A stretch of 64,000 nucleotides of DNA, from contig JACQFA010000095.1 of the NCBI GenBank assembly GCA_016200255.1, positions 112-64,111 of the forward strand, read 5' to 3'. Below the pieces are notes generated by a model. The model was not told the origin of the DNA. It was given only the letters and a program-made list of their open reading frames with translations, and ran no database searches. The DNA comes from Nitrospirota bacterium. Lineage in GTDB: Bacteria > Nitrospirota > Nitrospiria > JACQBZ01. Position 1 is the first letter of the stretch; every line of letters begins with the position of its first letter. Of this stretch, positions 28,514-37,948 are shown piece after piece. The translations under genes were made by a program, and so were the position numbers.

Positions 28514-30794
28514 TGCCATCATGATGATGCTCATCTGCACCAACAGTTTTGTTTTTGCGGCCGATGCCGTCCTGTCATGGGATCCAAACACCGAACCGGA
28601 TCTGGCGGGATACAAGGTCTATTATGGAACGGTATCCGGAGCACACACCCAAGTGATCTCGGTGGGACTGACAAGCACCCCCACAGCGCCGCAGTATACG
28701 GTCAGCAATCTGAACAGCGGCACGACTTATTATTTCTCGGTCACAAGCTTCGACAGCTCATCAAACGAGAGCGGGTTTTCGAATGAAGTGTCCAAAACAT
28801 TTCCGGCCGAGGCGACCACGCCAATGGATATCACCGATTTTATAGTGGTCCCGGGAAAGGGACAGATCAGCCTAAGCTGGAACGATCCGTCCGATCCCAA
28901 CTATGCCGGGGTTCGTATCCGGGTTCGCACGGATGGAACATATCCGACCGATCCGAACAACGATGGCGATCTTGTAGGAGACTTTCCGGGAGAACCTCTG
29001 CAGAGCAAAAGCTATGTGCATTCCGATCTTAAGGCCGGGACCGCCTATTATTATTCCGCATTCAGCCAGGATTCCAGCGGTAATTTCACGCCCGCCGTCC
29101 ATGCCACGGCCACCCCGCTTGCCTCGGATCAACCCAATCGAGGCCTTTCCTCGCAGAATATCAGCGGCGGTTGCGGGATGGTTCGTCCCGGCAACGGCAA
29201 ACCTCCAGGCCCCGGTCAGGCGGCCGACATCATGGCCCTCCTTGTTCTGATCCTGGTTACATTGGTAAGAAAGTGGACACGACCCAAAAATTTCATTCAA
29301 TGGGTGGCGGCCTCGTTTCTTAATCCCGTCTTGAAATTCCATGGAATATATTTTCTAGGTGCTTTTCTTTTTACAACAGCGTTTCTGTCTCTCTATCCGA
29401 ATGGCGCCGAAGCACAGACCGCGAATATCACGGTCGATGCGGCAGCCGGCCAGGGGACCTTGGTCCAGCACTCGCTGAATATCAATCAGGATCCAACCGT
29501 GGCGCGCGAACAACAGCGAGTCGCTGACGTCGGAATGCGGATGATTCGAAATCACACCCAGACGGATATTACGAACCTTGAGTATGTTTCGACCGCGGAA
29601 GGCCAATATGACTGGACTTCCCTTGACGCCAGCATGGACAGCGTCATCGCGTCAGGGGCCAAACCCTATTTCCGGCTGGGTTATATGCCCGACTGGCTGG
29701 CGGACAAATCTTACGGCATTACCAATTCAAGTGATCCCAATCATCTCTACAAATTCAATCCCCCCTCTGACTTCGCCAAATGGCAGCAGCTCGTCTACGA
29801 TGTGGTCTACCATCTAAACGTCGTGAAGAAGTACGGCATCACATTCTTCACGGTCTGGAACGAACCGGACTGCTGCGGTTCCTTGTATCTGACCGGGCAG
29901 AGCGGGTACTTTCAGCTTTATAAATACGCCGCGCAAGGCGTGAAGTCGGCCGACCCTTCCGCAAAGGTGGGAGGGCCTGTCGCTTCGTGGCTGACATCGG
30001 GATTCACCCAGGGACTGATCACATACTGCGCCGCCAACAGCGTTCCTCTGGATTTCATCGATTTTCATTGGTATGACCCGTCGCCCGGAACGTTGGCCCC
30101 GCTGCTTTCGACCGCGCGTACCTGGCTTAACGGTGCCGGGTTTTCCACGGCTCCCATTTTCGTCTCGGAATGGAACGGATCGTATACCTGGACTGATTCC
30201 GGGGCGGTCACCCGCCAAGCAGGGCATATCGCCCCGGTCGCCTACTATCTGACCGAAGCCGGCGCGGACGGCTTCTTCTGGCGGTTGTTGCGCCCCAGCC
30301 CCAGCACCTCCGGGATCATTCAAAACGGCGGGGATCCTGTCTATCCTCAATATAATACTTATAAAATGATCAGCATGCTGGCAAGCACCCGGGTGAGTAC
30401 AACCGGCCTGCAAATGGACTCGAATGGTTTAGGCGTCGGAGCGATCTCTTCGATGGATGCCGGCAAAGTCACCGTTTTGATCTGGAATTACCAAAATACC
30501 GGTACCAGTGCTTTCACGGTTAATGTAACGGTCAACAATTTGCCATCGAGTTTCTCCGGCAAATCGATCCAGCTGGCCAGGTACTTGATGGATGCAACGC
30601 ACAGCAATTACACCTACAGCACCAGCAACTATGAATTAGAGCAAGTTGAGAATTTGACTCTCTCACCCGCAAGTTCTCTGACGAAAAGCGTCGGCCTTCC
30701 GGCGAGCGCAGTATCGCTCATCGCCCTGACTCCCGGCGGCACGGCTTCTGACACGACGCCGCCCGCTCCGCCGACCGGTTTAACCGTAAAATGA
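28416..30794 (+). CDS. FN3-FN3-GGC-TM module fused through a second signal peptide to a GH39-like glycoside hydrolase
   Basis: N-terminal part paralogous to 26126..28513. Internal FLGAFLFTTAFLSLYPNGAEA|Q. GH-A/GH39 motifs WNEPD, DFIDFHWY and FVSEWN. Ends SDTTPPAPPTGLTVK. Start codon uncertain. Confidence 0.82.
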   Translation: MGRLNRKRFRSYILNNSIAPFLTIKRFCIQAVNAIMMMLICTNSFVFAADAVLSWDPNTEPDLAGYKVYYGTVSGAHTQVISVGLTSTPTAPQYTVSNLNSGTTYYFSVTSFDSSSNESGFSNEVSKTFPAEATTPMDITDFIVVPGKGQISLSWNDPSDPNYAGVRIRVRTDGTYPTDPNNDGDLVGDFPGEPLQSKSYVHSDLKAGTAYYYSAFSQDSSGNFTPAVHATATPLASDQPNRGLSSQNISGGCGMVRPGNGKPPGPGQAADIMALLVLILVTLVRKWTRPKNFIQWVAASFLNPVLKFHGIYFLGAFLFTTAFLSLYPNGAEAQTANITVDAAAGQGTLVQHSLNINQDPTVAREQQRVADVGMRMIRNHTQTDITNLEYVSTAEGQYDWTSLDASMDSVIASGAKPYFRLGYMPDWLADKSYGITNSSDPNHLYKFNPPSDFAKWQQLVYDVVYHLNVVKKYGITFFTVWNEPDCCGSLYLTGQSGYFQLYKYAAQGVKSADPSAKVGGPVASWLTSGFTQGLITYCAANSVPLDFIDFHWYDPSPGTLAPLLSTARTWLNGAGFSTAPIFVSEWNGSYTWTDSGAVTRQAGHIAPVAYYLTEAGADGFFWRLLRPSPSTSGIIQNGGDPVYPQYNTYKMISMLASTRVSTTGLQMDSNGLGVGAISSMDAGKVTVLIWNYQNTGTSAFTVNVTVNNLPSSFSGKSIQLARYLMDATHSNYTYSTSNYELEQVENLTLSPASSLTKSVGLPASAVSLIALTPGGTASDTTPPAPPTGLTVK

Positions 30795-30804
30795 GGTAAC
30801 CGAC

Positions 30805-33717
30805 ATGGAATCATTGACTGCGAATGAAACCACGAGAGTTTTTGACCGCATGATGGTCCGTCCTCCCATGCAGACGAAAATCAAACTCCACAGTGCAATC
30901 TCACCTAAGATCCAAACGCGGCTCGCTCTGTTGATGGGCGCCCTCTTGCTGTTCGGCTCAAATCCAGCCTGGGCCGCCAGCCCGATCAGCGTCAAACTGA
31001 CGGTGACAGAGCCGGCCGGTATCAGCCGCACCCAGGAACCCGTCACGCTCGGTATCCCGATCGGCCAGAGCTATAACGTGATGGATGTCGCATCGCTGAG
31101 GATCACGGCTGCGGACGGGACGACCTCCCTTCCGGCCCAGTTCACCGTTCTATCCCGATGGGGAGGCCTGGCGACGGATACCACCAAACCAATCAACTGG
31201 GTCCAGACCGATTTCGAAGCGGATGTTCCGGCCAGCACAAGCGCGACCTTCTACTTGAAGAACGACGGCAGCTACGCTCCAACCGGGATGGCGGCCACAA
31301 CGTCCTCCGCCTTTACCGTGAACACCGGCGCCGCCACCTTCACCATCAGCCGAACCGCCTTTAATCTTTTTGATCAAGTGAATCTCGGCGGAGGGATGAT
31401 CATCAGCAGCCCCGCCAATGACGGATTCGTCTATACCGATAAGAACGGGACCTCGTTCTACGCATCCAAAGGCAGCGTGCTGGATTCCTCGGTCGAGATG
31501 GATGGACCGATCCAGACCATCGTAATGGTCCACGGCAAACTATCGAGCGGCTCGGCGAATCTCAAAGGCGGCGATGCGTCGACCTATCTGGGGGGTAGCG
31601 ACACAGCCCAAAACTATGATCTGGAATACCGGGTCCGATTTCACTTTTATAAGAGCAAAAGCTATGTGATCGCGGAAAATACACTGATCAACGACGGAAA
31701 CGGCTTCATCGGGACCTGGAGCAGCACCTGTCCAAACTGCAACAACAGCCTGTATGCCCAATCGATGACGTTGAACACGACACTCAGCATCGGATCGAGC
31801 CATCAAATCACATTTCAAGGATACGGGGACACGACAACCAGCTCCACGGACAGCTATCAGTTCCTGCAGGCCCACAGCGTGGCGAGCCTGACGAGCGAGA
31901 CCCCGAACTTCAGCTATAGCTCGACCAAGAACGGCGGAGCGGGCGGGACGGGCGGGACCCGAGCGGTCGGCTATGCCGATCTCGGAGACGGGTCAAACGG
32001 CGTAACGGTCGCGGTCAAATATTTCTGGCAGCTCTACCCAAAGGGGTTTCGGATCAACAACACGACGCTTTCGGCCGATCTCCTTCCGCAAACCGGCTCC
32101 AACCATTTTGTTCGCGGCGGTTGGCACGTGACCAATGAGCTTCTATACAACTTCCACACCGGGAGCTTTTCATCCTCCGGCGCGGCCGCCACCGTGAGCG
32201 CCTATCAATCGCCTGTCGACGCGCGTTTCGATCCGAACTGGTTCGCCGATACACAGGCCTGGGGACTGGATGCACCGGCCGGATTGACCATGCCGACGCC
32301 GGACCTGGTCAATGCCTTGAACCGCTGGGAGCAGCTGCAGCGGGCCAAAGTCGATGCCACTCAGTCATCGAATGGGGCATCGATCACGACCTTCCGGGAA
32401 AACCGGATGCTGCTCGGGAGCGCCAACACCTGGGACCATGCCTGGTACGGATGGGACGCCTTCGGCGATCGACGGTGGAAATTCTTCAGTTCGGCCTGCA
32501 GCGGAGCGGGTTGCAACCTCACAAACACGCCTTATTTGTCCGGGGTTCAGTACGACTGGCCCTTCAGCCTTCTCCTCCATTATTTGAGGACGGGAAACCG
32601 CGGCTTCTACGACATGTGGATGGATATGTCAAATCATAACGTTGGTTTTGCCGTCCAGTACGGGGGGCATCTCTCCGGTGAAGCCGGCTGGTTTCCAAAT
32701 CAGGTCTACTGGGAGGATGGGGGACCGTTCTCGACCACGTCGACCTATACCGGTTTGATGGAGCAGAACCAGGGTTTCTGTCTGAGTTATTTGTATACGG
32801 GCAACAAGCGATTTTTGGATGCCTGCAAGGCGATGGCCGATGAAGGATGGACCTATTGGACTTCTTATGAGAGCACGGCCCCAAATTATATCAAGTCTGA
32901 ACTCCGCATCGCCGGATGGAATATATTCAGGCAACTTAATTACTACAAAGTGAGCGGGGATGCGACCTACCTGAACCAAGCCCTGACGATCTTCACGAAC
33001 GGGCTTTTGGCGACGGAGCAATCCGCGGCCCCTCCGACCGGGATCGGAAGCAACGGCCAGGGCTATGTGTATGACGATCTTGCCGTCAGAGACTGCACGA
33101 CGCAGGATGCGACCACCGGGGTGATTACCTACCAGGTGCGCGTTCTCATGCTCGGTTATATAACGGACCCGCTCACCGAACTCCACCGCCTCAGCGGATC
33201 CCAGGCGGTGCTGGACTTTTTGACCCGAATGCTGAACTTTGTACAGACAACCCCGTATGTGGGCGGAGTAACCGACTCCAGCGGTAATTATCTTCCCAAC
33301 CAAACACCGTACTGCTACAACCCGGCCACCGGATCCCGCCAATTCCGGGACATCCAGGTCATCTACAATTACTTCTTCGCCGGCGGGTATTCCTACCTCT
33401 ACGCAACGACCCGTAATTCAACCCATCTTAATTTCGCCCGCAGCCTCTTCAAGGATTCGGTCTTTTACTGGGAAGCCGTTTCGAATACCTATGTTAACCC
33501 AACCTCCCTCACCCCGGTCTATCTCGGATACGAACCGCAGACGAGCAAACAGCAGGGCTGGACCGGGCGATTCCATCAAGGTTATCTGTCAATGGAATAC
33601 CAGATGCAGAAAAACGGCGGCGTCCTTCCGAGTTGGTATCCCGGCACGCCTCCGGTGCCCGTTTCTTCCGGCGATACCACACCGCCGGCCCCGCCGACGG
33701 GGTTGAAAGTGCAATAA
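30805..33717 (+). CDS. Secreted PcRGLX/YetA-like (exo-rhamnogalacturonan lyase-like, RIFT barrel plus alpha/alpha barrel) protein
   Basis: Signal peptide ending AWA; EPAGISRTQEPVTLGIP, LPAQF.VLSRW and WYGWDAFGD; YD...LLHYLRTG. Ends GDTTPPAPPTGLKVQ. Confidence 0.7.
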   Translation: MESLTANETTRVFDRMMVRPPMQTKIKLHSAISPKIQTRLALLMGALLLFGSNPAWAASPISVKLTVTEPAGISRTQEPVTLGIPIGQSYNVMDVASLRITAADGTTSLPAQFTVLSRWGGLATDTTKPINWVQTDFEADVPASTSATFYLKNDGSYAPTGMAATTSSAFTVNTGAATFTISRTAFNLFDQVNLGGGMIISSPANDGFVYTDKNGTSFYASKGSVLDSSVEMDGPIQTIVMVHGKLSSGSANLKGGDASTYLGGSDTAQNYDLEYRVRFHFYKSKSYVIAENTLINDGNGFIGTWSSTCPNCNNSLYAQSMTLNTTLSIGSSHQITFQGYGDTTTSSTDSYQFLQAHSVASLTSETPNFSYSSTKNGGAGGTGGTRAVGYADLGDGSNGVTVAVKYFWQLYPKGFRINNTTLSADLLPQTGSNHFVRGGWHVTNELLYNFHTGSFSSSGAAATVSAYQSPVDARFDPNWFADTQAWGLDAPAGLTMPTPDLVNALNRWEQLQRAKVDATQSSNGASITTFRENRMLLGSANTWDHAWYGWDAFGDRRWKFFSSACSGAGCNLTNTPYLSGVQYDWPFSLLLHYLRTGNRGFYDMWMDMSNHNVGFAVQYGGHLSGEAGWFPNQVYWEDGGPFSTTSTYTGLMEQNQGFCLSYLYTGNKRFLDACKAMADEGWTYWTSYESTAPNYIKSELRIAGWNIFRQLNYYKVSGDATYLNQALTIFTNGLLATEQSAAPPTGIGSNGQGYVYDDLAVRDCTTQDATTGVITYQVRVLMLGYITDPLTELHRLSGSQAVLDFLTRMLNFVQTTPYVGGVTDSSGNYLPNQTPYCYNPATGSRQFRDIQVIYNYFFAGGYSYLYATTRNSTHLNFARSLFKDSVFYWEAVSNTYVNPTSLTPVYLGYEPQTSKQQGWTGRFHQGYLSMEYQMQKNGGVLPSWYPGTPPVPVSSGDTTPPAPPTGLKVQ

Positions 33718-33741
33718 AATGATCCGGGGGTTGGGGAAAAA

Positions 33742-34833
33742 TCAGATCGGGCCGGTCAGTCCGGAGATCAAGCGGTAATCCCGATAAGCCCCGGGATCGC
33801 CATCGCGGCCGTCCTCGGCCGCCTTGATGATGTTGTACAGTTCGCGCGCCGAGACGTAGTGGAGCCGATAGTTTTGCCCGTCGTTGTACCGGTCTTCCAG
33901 ATGCGACAAGATCTGTTCGAACCGAGGGCCGAGAAAGAAATCCATGTTGGCCTCGACCGTTCCATGGGTATGCACCTTCACCGCGACCCATTCCGGCCGT
34001 CCCCGCACATGAACTGCCTCCTCCACCCATAACCGGACCCGCTCCGGCGTCGGCGGATTGTGATACTCGATCTCGCCGTTTTCGATTTTTCTCCGACGCC
34101 AATCGAGCGTGAGCGGTCCCTGAATGATCATCAGATCGCCCGACTCCCGCCCGCCGACCCGGACATCCGTCCCGGTATTGTGGGAATTCGGACGTCGGGG
34201 ATCATCCGTCGCATAGTAGATGCTGTTGATCTTTTTCGTCTGGGCCTCGCCCGGGCTGGAGGGCAGCGTGAAATCGGCATAACAACCGGTCTCTTTCAGA
34301 ATGGTGATCTCATCGTTGACCCCGCACCATCGTCCTTCGGGATGCGAGTTGTCCAGCGCCCAATTGCCGTGGATGAAACCGTAGCGGTGCTCTCCGGTCG
34401 TTCGGTCCTTTGAAAGATGCCCATGTTGGATCAAGCGCGCCTTAAAGTCCTTCAGATTCTTCCGAAGAACCGGTCCGGTATCATTGTCATGATGGAGATG
34501 AATCTCGACCTCCCCAAACCCCCGCCGACACAGTCCGGCCAGAGCTTCCAGATGTTCGGGGCGGTACTCCTCTTCGGGGTAGAAGAAGGTGTGGCGGGGA
34601 GGAACACCGTCATGATCCCGATGGCCCCGCGTGATCATCGGATAGCGTTCGACCCAGGCCGAAACCCGGGCCGTCTCGGCCGCCCGGTCCGCCCCTCCCC
34701 ACATCGGCTCGTAATGATCCACGACGCAGAACAGGACATGGATCGGCCAACGCTGTTTCCAGAAAGTTTTCCGTATGCGTCGGACCACATAAGATGGAAG
34801 CCAGATATGGAGATTTTTGTCAAAGAACATCAT
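33742..34833 (-). CDS. Conserved hypothetical EPS-locus protein, polysaccharide deacetylase-like metalloprotein
   Basis: VDHYEP, HTFFYP, EIHLHH, FIHGNWALDNS and KVHTHG His-rich motifs; YRLHYVSARE C-terminus. ATGA-coupled start at 34833. Confidence 0.65.
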   Translation of the reverse strand: MMFFDKNLHIWLPSYVVRRIRKTFWKQRWPIHVLFCVVDHYEPMWGGADRAAETARVSAWVERYPMITRGHRDHDGVPPRHTFFYPEEEYRPEHLEALAGLCRRGFGEVEIHLHHDNDTGPVLRKNLKDFKARLIQHGHLSKDRTTGEHRYGFIHGNWALDNSHPEGRWCGVNDEITILKETGCYADFTLPSSPGEAQTKKINSIYYATDDPRRPNSHNTGTDVRVGGRESGDLMIIQGPLTLDWRRRKIENGEIEYHNPPTPERVRLWVEEAVHVRGRPEWVAVKVHTHGTVEANMDFFLGPRFEQILSHLEDRYNDGQNYRLHYVSARELYNIIKAAEDGRDGDPGAYRDYRLISGLTGPI

Positions 34834-36074
34834 CCCCTCGCAGAATCCATGGAGCCCTTCGTGCCACGGGCCTGAACCGCGTGCTCGTAGGCCTCGAGGA
34901 GCTGTCGCCCGGCCACCTGCCAATCGAAACTTTCCACCACCCGGCGGCGGGCCGCCTGGCCGATTTGGGCCGCCTTGGCCCGATCCAAAAGAAGCGCGAC
35001 CGTCCGCTCGGCAAACTTGAACGGATTATCGGCGATACAGATCTCCCGGCCGTCCTCCAGATCAAGGCCCTCGGCGCCGATGCGGGTCGAAACGACCGCC
35101 TTGCCCATCGCCATCGCCTCCAGTATCTTAAGCCGTGTTCCCCCGCCGCTTCGCAGCGGAACAACCACGACCGAGGCCCCGGCCAGCCACGGCCGCACGT
35201 CCGGAACATCTCCGGTCACGTCCGTGTCCGGATCTCCATTCGCGGCCCGGCGAAGCTTCGCGACCGGATCACGACCGACCACGTTAAAACGCACCCCGGG
35301 TACCGCCTTCCGAATGAGCGGGAGTATCTCCTTGAGGAAGAAGATCACGCCCTCCACGTTCGGCATCCAGTTCATCAGTCCGGTAAAGACCATGCTCGGC
35401 GGACCGGTCGGGGCCTCGGTCGGCTGGAAATAGCCGGTATCAACCCCGTTGATGACGATCGAGGATACCGTGCCGGGCGCCAGGTGAGCCAGCCGGTCCC
35501 GATCCATCGCCGAGACCGTCAGCACGCGCTCGCTCGCCGCGCAGACCGTTCGTTCATACCGTTCCATCTTCCGCTGTTGTCCTTGATAAAACCGGCGCAT
35601 GACGGGGTTGCGCTGGACGTCGGCCACGCGCTGAAGAAGCGACGACTCGATGTTGTGTTCGTTGAGAACAACCGGCAGACGCGTTCGGCCGATGAGATAC
35701 GGGGCCATGTGGATCTGATCACAATGAATCAGATCATAACCGCCCTGCGCGATCAGTATTTCAATCCGATTTTGCATCGCTTTTACGTCGTACTTAACCA
35801 CGGTGTAGGGACGGGTTGACAGAAGTCGTCCGGCCATTGACCCTACCCGGGCGATCCGGGACCAGGAGTCTGGATGGTCTACCGTCTCGATACGGGCAGT
35901 CGGAACCAGTGACTGAGCGGTCTTGACCCAACGGCGGTCCGACTTCGAATGGAGAAAGGTCATGAGCGTGACATCGTGACGGCCGGCGGCGTGGGAAAAC
36001 AGCTTCCAGGTCCGGATCTTGGCACCCGTGTCCAACGGATAGGGAAGCCGTGTGGTCAGGAAAAGGATCTTCAT
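34830..36074 (-). CDS. GT4 glycosyltransferase
   Basis: MKILFLTTRLPYPLDTGAKIR, FTGLMNWMPN and GGGTRLKILEAMAMGK. Confidence 0.92.
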   Translation of the reverse strand: MKILFLTTRLPYPLDTGAKIRTWKLFSHAAGRHDVTLMTFLHSKSDRRWVKTAQSLVPTARIETVDHPDSWSRIARVGSMAGRLLSTRPYTVVKYDVKAMQNRIEILIAQGGYDLIHCDQIHMAPYLIGRTRLPVVLNEHNIESSLLQRVADVQRNPVMRRFYQGQQRKMERYERTVCAASERVLTVSAMDRDRLAHLAPGTVSSIVINGVDTGYFQPTEAPTGPPSMVFTGLMNWMPNVEGVIFFLKEILPLIRKAVPGVRFNVVGRDPVAKLRRAANGDPDTDVTGDVPDVRPWLAGASVVVVPLRSGGGTRLKILEAMAMGKAVVSTRIGAEGLDLEDGREICIADNPFKFAERTVALLLDRAKAAQIGQAARRRVVESFDWQVAGRQLLEAYEHAVQARGTKGSMDSARG

Positions 36075-37948
36075 GATCGATCCAGAAACTCCTCGATCCA
36101 TTGGGCCAGCACGGTCAGGTTCCACAACGTGGCATGATGGTCCCGCAGCCCGGAACGGTGCTCATCAAACAGACGGCGGACCTGCTCCAGATCAAAAATT
36201 CGCCGCCGCTTGAAAACCCCATGGAGAACCTTCTGTTCGGCAAACTCTTTTAAGTCACGGTTGAACCACCGCATCAGCGGGATGGAAAAACCCATCTTCT
36301 CCCGTTTCAGAAAACCGTCCGGAAAACCGTCCTTCATCGCCTCCTTCGCCAGGCGCTTTCCGATCCCATGGGAGAGACGGTGCTCCGGTGGCAGCCTCAA
36401 GAGAAACTCGATCAATTCGTGATCCAAAAACGGAGCGCGGCATTCCAGTGCGTGGGTCATCGAAGTCCGGTCCACCTTGACCAGGATATCCTCCGGAAGA
36501 TAGGTCATCAGATCCGTCATCTGCATTCGCGTCAGATCGTCGTTGGCACGACAGAGTTCATACGCATGGCGGATATACCCATCCCGGCTCTCCGAAAGCC
36601 GCGCGCGAAATTCCGGATGGTACAACGCCTGTCGAACCGGCCCGCGCAGTCCCGTGCGAAGGGACTCGTACCGCGTCGCCTCATCAGACGAAAACAATTC
36701 AAAGACTCGATCCATTCGTTGAAAAACCGCCGGAAGATTGAACCTTCCAAGCATCTTGTGTCCTGCCGATGCCATAAACCTGGGAACATAGCGCGCCGCC
36801 CGGTTGATCTCCTGAATGGCGGGATACCACGGATATCCCGCAAGGGCCTCGTCCCCGCCGTCGCCGCTCAAGGCCACGGTAACATGCCGGCGCGTCACCT
36901 CGGATAGATACCAGGTCGGCAGCGCCGATGAATCGCCGAACGGCTCCCCGAAATGACGGACGAGCCGCGGCAGAATCTCAATCGCGTGCGGCTCGATGAT
37001 CTCCTCGTGATGATCGGTTCGATAACGCGCCGCGACCTCCCGCGCAAACGGCAGTTCATTGAAGTCCTCCTCCTTGAATCCAATCGAGAAGGTCTTGACC
37101 GGCTGCGAGGACAGCCGGCTCATCATCGCGACCACGATGCTCGAATCGACCCCGCCGCTCAAGAACGCTCCCAACGGCACGTCGCTGATCATCCGGAGGC
37201 GCACAGCCTCCTCCAAACGTCGGACAAATTCATGCTCGGCTTCTTCGAAGGAAAGATCCAGTCGGGGCCCGGCCTGCGGCAGCCAGTAACGTGAAACCGT
37301 AACCCGATGGCCCCGCGCGAGAAGGTAATGGGCCGGCGGCAGTTTCCTGATCTGCCGGAAGATCGTCCGCGGACTCGGAATGCAGGAATGGGCCATAAAC
37401 AGATCGATCGCCGTCTCGTCCAGTTCACGGTCGAAACCGGGTCGGTCGTACAACGCCTGAATCTCGGAGGCGAACCAGAACCGGCCGGCGGCCTCGAGAT
37501 AATAGAGCGGCTTTTTGCCCATCCGGTCGCGGGCGATAAAGAACGTGCCGTCCCGCTCATCCCAGATCGCAAAGGCGAACATCCCACGGAGCCGCGTCAC
37601 ACAGTCCGGCCCGAACTCTTCATAGAGGTGGACCAGCACCTCGGTATCGGTCTCGGTTGCAAACCGGTGGCCTTTGGCGACCAGCTCTTTCCGCAGCGAC
37701 TGAAAATTGTAGATCTCGCCGTTAAAGACGACCGCCAACTCGCCCGTCTCATTGAAGATCGGTTGATGCCCGGTTTTCAGATCAATGATGCTCAGTCGGC
37801 GATGGGCCAGGGCCGCCCGGCCGGTCGGGGAACGATAGAATCCCTCATCGTCCGGCCCGCGATGCCGGATCGCATCCGCCATGGGCTGAACATCCGCCTT
37901 CTCGATCGACCTGCCGCCCAGGCTCATACCGCCCGCTATGCCGCACAC
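36071..37948 (-). CDS. asnB: Asparagine synthase (glutamine-hydrolysing)-like amidotransferase
   Basis: N-terminal (M)CGIAG, HRGPD, FNGEIYN, RDRMGKKPLYY, LSGGVDSS, SGDGGDE and KVDRTSM. Confidence 0.95.
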   Translation of the reverse strand: MCGIAGGMSLGGRSIEKADVQPMADAIRHRGPDDEGFYRSPTGRAALAHRRLSIIDLKTGHQPIFNETGELAVVFNGEIYNFQSLRKELVAKGHRFATETDTEVLVHLYEEFGPDCVTRLRGMFAFAIWDERDGTFFIARDRMGKKPLYYLEAAGRFWFASEIQALYDRPGFDRELDETAIDLFMAHSCIPSPRTIFRQIRKLPPAHYLLARGHRVTVSRYWLPQAGPRLDLSFEEAEHEFVRRLEEAVRLRMISDVPLGAFLSGGVDSSIVVAMMSRLSSQPVKTFSIGFKEEDFNELPFAREVAARYRTDHHEEIIEPHAIEILPRLVRHFGEPFGDSSALPTWYLSEVTRRHVTVALSGDGGDEALAGYPWYPAIQEINRAARYVPRFMASAGHKMLGRFNLPAVFQRMDRVFELFSSDEATRYESLRTGLRGPVRQALYHPEFRARLSESRDGYIRHAYELCRANDDLTRMQMTDLMTYLPEDILVKVDRTSMTHALECRAPFLDHELIEFLLRLPPEHRLSHGIGKRLAKEAMKDGFPDGFLKREKMGFSIPLMRWFNRDLKEFAEQKVLHGVFKRRRIFDLEQVRRLFDEHRSGLRDHHATLWNLTVLAQWIEEFLDRS

